From Kiritimatiellia bacterium (GTDB taxonomy: Bacteria > Verrucomicrobiota > Kiritimatiellia > RFP12 > UBA1067), in assembly GCA_051884935.1 (NCBI GenBank), contig JBJEWG010000150.1, forward strand, positions 1-46,434: a stretch of 46,434 nucleotides of DNA, in the 5' to 3' direction. Positions 41,097 to 46,434 of this stretch are shown piece by piece. Each line of letters starts with the position of its first letter. Position 1 is the first letter of the stretch. The notes under the pieces were generated by a model that was given only the letters and a program-made list of their open reading frames with translations, had not been told where the DNA came from and did not search any database. Position numbers and translations under genes: made by a program.

Positions 41097-43808
41097 CTAC
41101 CGCAGGATCACGGCGAAGCCGTCGCGACCGAGGGCGATGCGGAAGCGCGTGTAGGCGGCGCCGTCGTAGGTGACCTCGTCGGTCTCGATCTGCGCGCGGC
41201 ACCCCTTCAGCGGCCTCCGCACGTTGATCCGCCCCGCGAGCTTCGCCGCCGTCTCGGCGGGCACCGTGCAGAGCGGCACGCGCAGCGTCCCCGTCTCGAA
41301 CGCCTCGTACCCGTCGATGCGCACCTCCAGCGCCCTGCCCTCGGGCAGAATGAACGACCCCTCGGTGTCTTCGCCGCGCGCGACATAGCGATTGAAGAGC
41401 CCGTATTCCGCCACGCCCGCATCCGCCGGACGGGCATCCACCGCCAATCCGCCGCCTTCGCCGAAGACGAGCTTCAGCTTCGCGAACGCCGTCGTCGAGA
41501 GCGGCTTCACCCAGCCCTCCACCACGCGCAGAATGCCGCGCTTGCCGATCTGGTCGTTGGTGGCGTCCCACGTTGATGAGCCGATCACGGACGTGCCGCC
41601 GAGCGCCAGCGTGCCCGCGCCCTCCTTCCAGATGGCGCCCGTGAAGTAGAGCATCGTCTTGAGCCTGAACTCGATCCCCTCGCCCACGTCGATGCCGGCC
41701 TTCCAGCCCGCGTTCCGGATGTGGCGGTTCGGCGTCTCGTAGGTCATCGACGCGAGCGGCCTCAGGTACGTGTTGTTCTCAAGCCGGATCCACTCGCCCT
41801 GCGGGGCCGCCGGCGAACCGCCGAGCGCCTCGGGGCGCGTGAAGGCAAGCGTCGCCTCGCGCGGCAGACTCGGAGAGGGATCGCGGTCCTTCGAGTTCAC
41901 GATGAGCTTGCCCGTCCACGCCGAGTTGTCGCCCGCGAGCGTGTGCTCCGTCACGTTCGTCACCTTGACGCCCGAATCGTCATAGGGCTGTGCGGTCAGG
42001 CTTCCCGTCCCGCGGATGTCGCTCTCGATCCACAGCCGCTGGTACGCGACGCCATGCAGCACCGCCGCCGCCGATCCGGCGGCCTCCGGCAGAACGACGG
42101 TCCCGGCGATGACCTGGTTCGTCACGGTCTCGTCCACACCCGCCGCGTTGATGCGCGTGTTGCCCCACAGCACGAAGTTCGAGATCGTGAGATGCGCGTT
42201 CTTGTGGGCCAGCCAGGTCCCGTTTCCGCGCAGAGCGAGGGACGCGCCGGGGAAGACGAGTGGTTGGCGTCCACTGCGGCCGCCGGGCGAGGTCCGCAAG
42301 GTGCGGGCTGCACCGAACGGAACGATATAGTCCTTGTCCGCGCTCGGCGCGAGGCCGTCCGACCAGGTGACGGCATCGGTGATGTACCAGTTCCCGCCGT
42401 TGATGGTATTGTTGTTCTTCGCGGCTTCGACGAGACTGACCTCCTTCCGCACCCGCACGGAGACCGTCTGCATGCCATCCTCCTCCGCGAACAGCAGCTC
42501 GGTGCGGGGGACGGGATTATCCACGGCGTCCAGCTTCAGCACGAAGTCCGCCGCCGTCAGCGCGCGGACGGCGACGGGGATGCGAGCCACCGCCACGGGC
42601 TGCCCGGTGAGAATCGTCTCCACGTCGCCGTTGAGCCGAATCGTGTAGGGCCCCGCGCCCAGCGTGCAGGTCTCGTCAAGCGTCACCGCGCCCACCTGGC
42701 CGTCCCTGACCATCCCCGAGAAGCCGACGCCGTCCGGCAGGGCAAGCCCCGTCAGCGTCAAGCCCGCCGCGCCGAACGGCTCGACGACGAAGGCCGCGCC
42801 CGGGTTGACGGTGATCGAGGGCAGTCCGTTCGGGGCGGAGAAGCCGTCCGAGATCGCGAGCGTGCCCTGTTCCACGATCCACGCCCCCGTCGCCGTGGAG
42901 GCGGCGCAGAGGCGAACCGTCCCGGTGCCCATCTTGCGCAGCGCGCCCGCGCCCGTCACGGGCATCCCGAGCGACCAGGTCTCGTTGGAGATCGTCGTGA
43001 CGCGCGACTCGCCTTCGCCCAGCGTCACGCCGCGGTTCACCGGCGCGAACGGGGCCTCCGCGCAGAGCTCGGGCGAGACGGCGAGCGCGCCGCCGTTTGA
43101 AAGCTGCACCGCGTCCATCCGCATCGCATCGGGCGCGGCGCCGATGGCGGTCGGGCTCTCGAAGATCAGGATGACGCCGGCCTTCTGCTCGGCCCCACTG
43201 CGGTTGTAGACCCTCCACACGCCCTGATACTGCGAGTTGTCCCCGCGCACCCGCATCCGGCCAGTTGGGTTATTGGCATCGGCCCCATAGCCATGCGACA
43301 GATCGACGATTGCGTTCGGGCCGCCCACAAGGCTGCCGTCGTTGATCCAGACATTGCTCCTGCCGCCATTGACGCCGAACCGGAGCCGGGAGTTGACCTT
43401 GAAGTTGCCGCCGATGCGGCACGTCACCTCTTCATAGGAGATCGACCACAGAATCTCGTCCGTGGACCCCTCCTTGCCGAAGACGGCATCCGGGAATTCC
43501 ACATAGTTGCTGCCGCATGTCTTGTGCGCAAGACTCCCGCCGGTGAACTCGATTCGGTCGCCTGCGAACACATAGGTGTTGGCGCCGTCCTTGATGTCGG
43601 GCGTGCGGAACGTCGAGCCCGACCACACGTAGACATTGCCGGCGCACGGGGCCTCGCCGTTCGGCCAGTCATTTCCCGTATTGAAGGAGGTCTTGCCGCC
43701 GGCGTCGCCTTTGCCGTTGTTGGAAATCGTCGCCCCCTGCGCCAGGAACACAGACAAGCCCACAGCCGCGCAGGCGAGCGCGCACACCACTTCGTTTCGA
43801 CTTCTCAT
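41097..43808 (-). CDS. Autotransporter-associated beta-strand repeat protein (secreted or surface)
   Basis: Signal peptide after MRSRNEV (AAGGAG ribosome-binding site). Recurrent GxGTxxL...G...V..GTLA units. Confidence 0.75.
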   Translation of the reverse strand: MRSRNEVVCALACAAVGLSVFLAQGATISNNGKGDAGGKTSFNTGNDWPNGEAPCAGNVYVWSGSTFRTPDIKDGANTYVFAGDRIEFTGGSLAHKTCGSNYVEFPDAVFGKEGSTDEILWSISYEEVTCRIGGNFKVNSRLRFGVNGGRSNVWINDGSLVGGPNAIVDLSHGYGADANNPTGRMRVRGDNSQYQGVWRVYNRSGAEQKAGVILIFESPTAIGAAPDAMRMDAVQLSNGGALAVSPELCAEAPFAPVNRGVTLGEGESRVTTISNETWSLGMPVTGAGALRKMGTGTVRLCAASTATGAWIVEQGTLAISDGFSAPNGLPSITVNPGAAFVVEPFGAAGLTLTGLALPDGVGFSGMVRDGQVGAVTLDETCTLGAGPYTIRLNGDVETILTGQPVAVARIPVAVRALTAADFVLKLDAVDNPVPRTELLFAEEDGMQTVSVRVRKEVSLVEAAKNNNTINGGNWYITDAVTWSDGLAPSADKDYIVPFGAARTLRTSPGGRSGRQPLVFPGASLALRGNGTWLAHKNAHLTISNFVLWGNTRINAAGVDETVTNQVIAGTVVLPEAAGSAAAVLHGVAYQRLWIESDIRGTGSLTAQPYDDSGVKVTNVTEHTLAGDNSAWTGKLIVNSKDRDPSPSLPREATLAFTRPEALGGSPAAPQGEWIRLENNTYLRPLASMTYETPNRHIRNAGWKAGIDVGEGIEFRLKTMLYFTGAIWKEGAGTLALGGTSVIGSSTWDATNDQIGKRGILRVVEGWVKPLSTTAFAKLKLVFGEGGGLAVDARPADAGVAEYGLFNRYVARGEDTEGSFILPEGRALEVRIDGYEAFETGTLRVPLCTVPAETAAKLAGRINVRRPLKGCRAQIETDEVTYDGAAYTRFRIALGRDGFAVILR

Positions 43809-44015
43809 CTCGTCTCCTTGGGTTGTTGGTTCGGCGGCGACACTAACCGCCACTTCCTTCAACTTTCGAGCCGATTATAGCATTTTTTTTTTCCTGCCAA
43901 GAGGAAAGTCATCGGGAAGTTGTCGCGCGGCCCTCGGGCAGGATGCTGCGCATCAGGTGGGCAGGGTGTCGGCGACGGGAGACCGGCCCCTCCAGTCCGG
44001 ACGCGCGGATTCGCC

Positions 44016-45275
44016 CTACCAGGCGATGAAATTCCAGAGCAGCGAATGGCGCGTGCGCCCGTCCGGGCGCTCGTCCATCTCCCAGAGCGACCAGAACGGC
44101 GCCCAGTTCCGCTCAATTCCCTCGGAATGGCGGATCGGCGAGAGCTCAAGCGTCCGCCGGCGCGTGCGCCCGCCCTCGGTTTCCGCGCTCCAGAACGGCC
44201 AGACCCGCAGATAGGAGGCGGAAAGGACGCAGGACTCGGCGGATCGGCCGGATTTCGTCCAGCGGCGTTCCCAGGTGAAGAAGGGAAAGAGGCTGAAGCG
44301 CGTCTCGCGCGTGCGGTCGGTTTCAAGCGTCGTGCTCTCGACCAGCTTCCAGCCGAAACGCCAGGTCCGCTCCTCCACCTGCCGCCGTCCGTAGGAGTAG
44401 CCCCGCAGCTGCTCCCAGATCGGCCAGATGGATATCCGGTCGCGCGTGGCGGAGGATTCGAGGTCGATGAACGGCCACGGCAGCCGCCACCGCCGGGCGG
44501 AATCGGTCTCGGTGTAGGAGAAGAACGGCGGCAGCACCATCGTCTGCGATTCCCGCGCGCGGCGGACTTCCCCGTAGAACGGCAGCATCCACCACGACCA
44601 CCCCGCGCCGGACGTGTCGCGGTCTTCGTCGTACGCGGCCCACGTCACCAGCGGCCAGAGGAGGTAGCGATGTTCGCTTTCGCGCAGGCGCGCCTGCCCG
44701 TAGAGGGGCCACACGCCCACCCCCGCGCGCGGCGAATCCCGCCAGGTCACGAACGGCCAGCACACGGCGTGGCTGCGCACGCCCTTCACCTCGTAGGTGT
44801 GCCAGATCGGCCACAGCGCATACGAGAAGTCGTCCACCAGCAGCGTGTGCGGATGATGCCCGTAGAACGGGAAGAACCCCCAGTAGCCCGCGCCGGACCG
44901 ATCCGCGCCGCTGAACCAGAACGGATAGAGGGCGAAGCTCCAGGAGGAATCCGTCGCGCGCGCGTCGCCGTGGAACAGCAGAAAGGCCGACCACCAGGAG
45001 GCGTCCGCATGGTCGCGGAACGTCACGAGCGGCCAGAGGCCGTCCCGCGCGGTCGTGCGCGTGGCGGGGTCGCGCACCTGCGAGTAGAACGGGCGGACGG
45101 CCCAGAACGTGGCGTCGCCCGGCTCGGCGCGGCGATACTCGAAGAACGGGCCGAGATGCCAGTTCGAGAGCAGCCGCTCGCCGCCGCGCCGCGCGTGTTC
45201 CGCCTCGATCCCCCACGCCCCGCACGCCAGCAGGGCCACCAGCGCCAGGAGGGGCGACGCCGCCCGCCGAGCCAT
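44016..45275 (-). CDS. Secreted aromatic-rich repeat protein (about 16 WP/FP-containing units), unknown function
   Basis: Signal peptide. Recurrent LWPLVTF, CWPFVTW, LWPLVTW, LFPFFTW and VWPFWSA units roughly every 22-26 aa. Confidence 0.6.
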   Translation of the reverse strand: MARRAASPLLALVALLACGAWGIEAEHARRGGERLLSNWHLGPFFEYRRAEPGDATFWAVRPFYSQVRDPATRTTARDGLWPLVTFRDHADASWWSAFLLFHGDARATDSSWSFALYPFWFSGADRSGAGYWGFFPFYGHHPHTLLVDDFSYALWPIWHTYEVKGVRSHAVCWPFVTWRDSPRAGVGVWPLYGQARLRESEHRYLLWPLVTWAAYDEDRDTSGAGWSWWMLPFYGEVRRARESQTMVLPPFFSYTETDSARRWRLPWPFIDLESSATRDRISIWPIWEQLRGYSYGRRQVEERTWRFGWKLVESTTLETDRTRETRFSLFPFFTWERRWTKSGRSAESCVLSASYLRVWPFWSAETEGGRTRRRTLELSPIRHSEGIERNWAPFWSLWEMDERPDGRTRHSLLWNFIAW

Positions 45276-45278
45276 CGA

Positions 45279-46434
45279 CTACTTGCCCTTCGCGGTCGTG
45301 GCCTTCTGGAGCTTCTCCAGCTCGCCGAGGTCGAACTTCGAGAGCTCGTCCTGATGGGCGCGGATCGTCCGCAGCGTCCCGCGCGCGCGCCCCAGGTCGC
45401 CCTTGGCAATCTGCACGCGCGCAAGCGTGATCTGCATGCGGACGTCCTCGATCTTGTTCTTCTCGCGGGAGAGGCGGATCGCCTCCTTCACGCAGCTCTC
45501 GGCCTCGTCGAGGCCCTTGCCCTGGTCGAGCAGCGCGGAGCCCAGCGTCTCCCACGCCACGTAGAGCTCGGGGGCGTTCTTCACGGCGAGGCGCGCGAAC
45601 GTCTCCGCCTCGTCCGCGCGCTGCAGGCGGCGCAGCACCTCGGCGAGGTCGTTCTGCGCGGTGGCGAGCGGGCGCTCCTGCGCGACGGAGAGGCGCAGGA
45701 ACGTCTCGGCCATCGAGTAGTCGCCCTCCTTCAGGCGCAGCGAGCCCATCACGTAGTTCGCGAGCTTGTTGTTGCGGTCCTGCCGCAACACCTGGCGGGC
45801 GTGCTTCTCGGCGCTCTCGCCGTCGTTCATCGCAATGTCGAGGTTGAGGATCATGTCGCCCACCACCGTCACGTCGGGCCGCGTGGCGCTCGCGGCGATG
45901 AGGGCGTCGCGCGCCTGCTTCTGGAAGGCCTTGCCCTTGCGCATCATCACGAGCGCGCGCGTCATCTGCACGAAGTAGTCGCGCGGCGAGTCGGCGATGG
46001 ACTCCATCTTCGGCAGGATGATGCCGTCGAGCTCTTCGATCACCTTCTTGCGCGTCGCCTCGTCCTTCGCGCCGTCGAACTGCTGCAGCAGCGCGCCGGC
46101 GAGCAGCGACCACGCCTGAAGCGACTTGGGCTGGAGGTCCGTCACCTTCTGCAGCGCGAGGCGCGCGGCGGAGAAGTCGTTGTTCATGAGATGCAGCAGC
46201 GCCCAGTCGAAGCCGGCGCTCTCCTGGCTCTTCGCCGCCTTCACGGCCTTTTCGAGGTGCTGCTTCGCCTCGCCGAGCGCGCCGTTCTGCAGCGCGAGGC
46301 GCGTGAGGCCCATCAGAGCGTCGTGGTTCGCCGCGTCGCCCGCGAGCACCTTGTTGTAGACCTCGCGCGACTTGCGGGACTGGTTGCCGCTCGCGTAGAT
46401 GGCGGCCATCATGTTGAGGAGGCCCGCCTGGCGG
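45279..46434 (-). CDS. TPR-repeat protein (likely continues beyond the right window edge)
   Basis: A/L-rich 34-aa TPR-like periodicity. The frame is still open at 46434. Confidence 0.65.
   Translation of the reverse strand, partial: RQAGLLNMMAAIYASGNQSRKSREVYNKVLAGDAANHDALMGLTRLALQNGALGEAKQHLEKAVKAAKSQESAGFDWALLHLMNNDFSAARLALQKVTDLQPKSLQAWSLLAGALLQQFDGAKDEATRKKVIEELDGIILPKMESIADSPRDYFVQMTRALVMMRKGKAFQKQARDALIAASATRPDVTVVGDMILNLDIAMNDGESAEKHARQVLRQDRNNKLANYVMGSLRLKEGDYSMAETFLRLSVAQERPLATAQNDLAEVLRRLQRADEAETFARLAVKNAPELYVAWETLGSALLDQGKGLDEAESCVKEAIRLSREKNKIEDVRMQITLARVQIAKGDLGRARGTLRTIRAHQDELSKFDLGELEKLQKATTAKGK

Overview
High-GC (about 65-70%) bacterial chromosome segment. Gene content (autotransporter-associated beta-strand repeat protein, TAT-signal Gfo/Idh/MocA oxidoreductase, heparinase II/III-like enzyme, GldG/DUF4340 set) suggests a PVC-group organism, but this is inference only. 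Host genes lie on the + strand at 563-5591: fused BcrA/HgdC-type activase plus dehydratase-like protein, thioredoxin-like lipoprotein, murI and an oxidoreductase. A long - strand host array lies at 28347-46434: APH-family kinase, papain/C39-like peptidase, RNase R, SDR epimerase, DUF4340, fused ABC-2 permease/GldG, ABC ATPase, heparinase-like protein, a 903-aa beta-strand-repeat protein, a W/F-rich repeat protein and a TPR protein. These two convergent units flank a roughly 22.6-kb accessory island (about 5658-28297). The island has four parts. (1) A 220-bp tract of ten 22-bp units in strict phase (5927-6146). (2) A low-GC segment holding a truncated three-gene module and a DUF2075 ATPase gene broken by a perfect 11-bp tandem duplication. 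(3) A 17.4-kb Mu-like head plus siphovirus-type tail cluster (9125-26580): TerL, DUF935-type portal, gpI-type protease/scaffold, gpT-type capsid, DUF1320-type connector, tube, tape measure, tail proteins, an LRR protein, an HD-motif protein and a MuF protein with a nuclease-like C-terminus. I recognised no transposase, integrase, repressor or lysis gene, and at least three reading frames are frameshifted. (4) A second, diverged copy of the low-GC module (27400-28138). A second 22-bp-phased repeat tract lies in the host intergenic region 40833-40986. A partial integrase-like ORF touches the left window edge. All homology calls come from reading motifs by eye; no searches were run.
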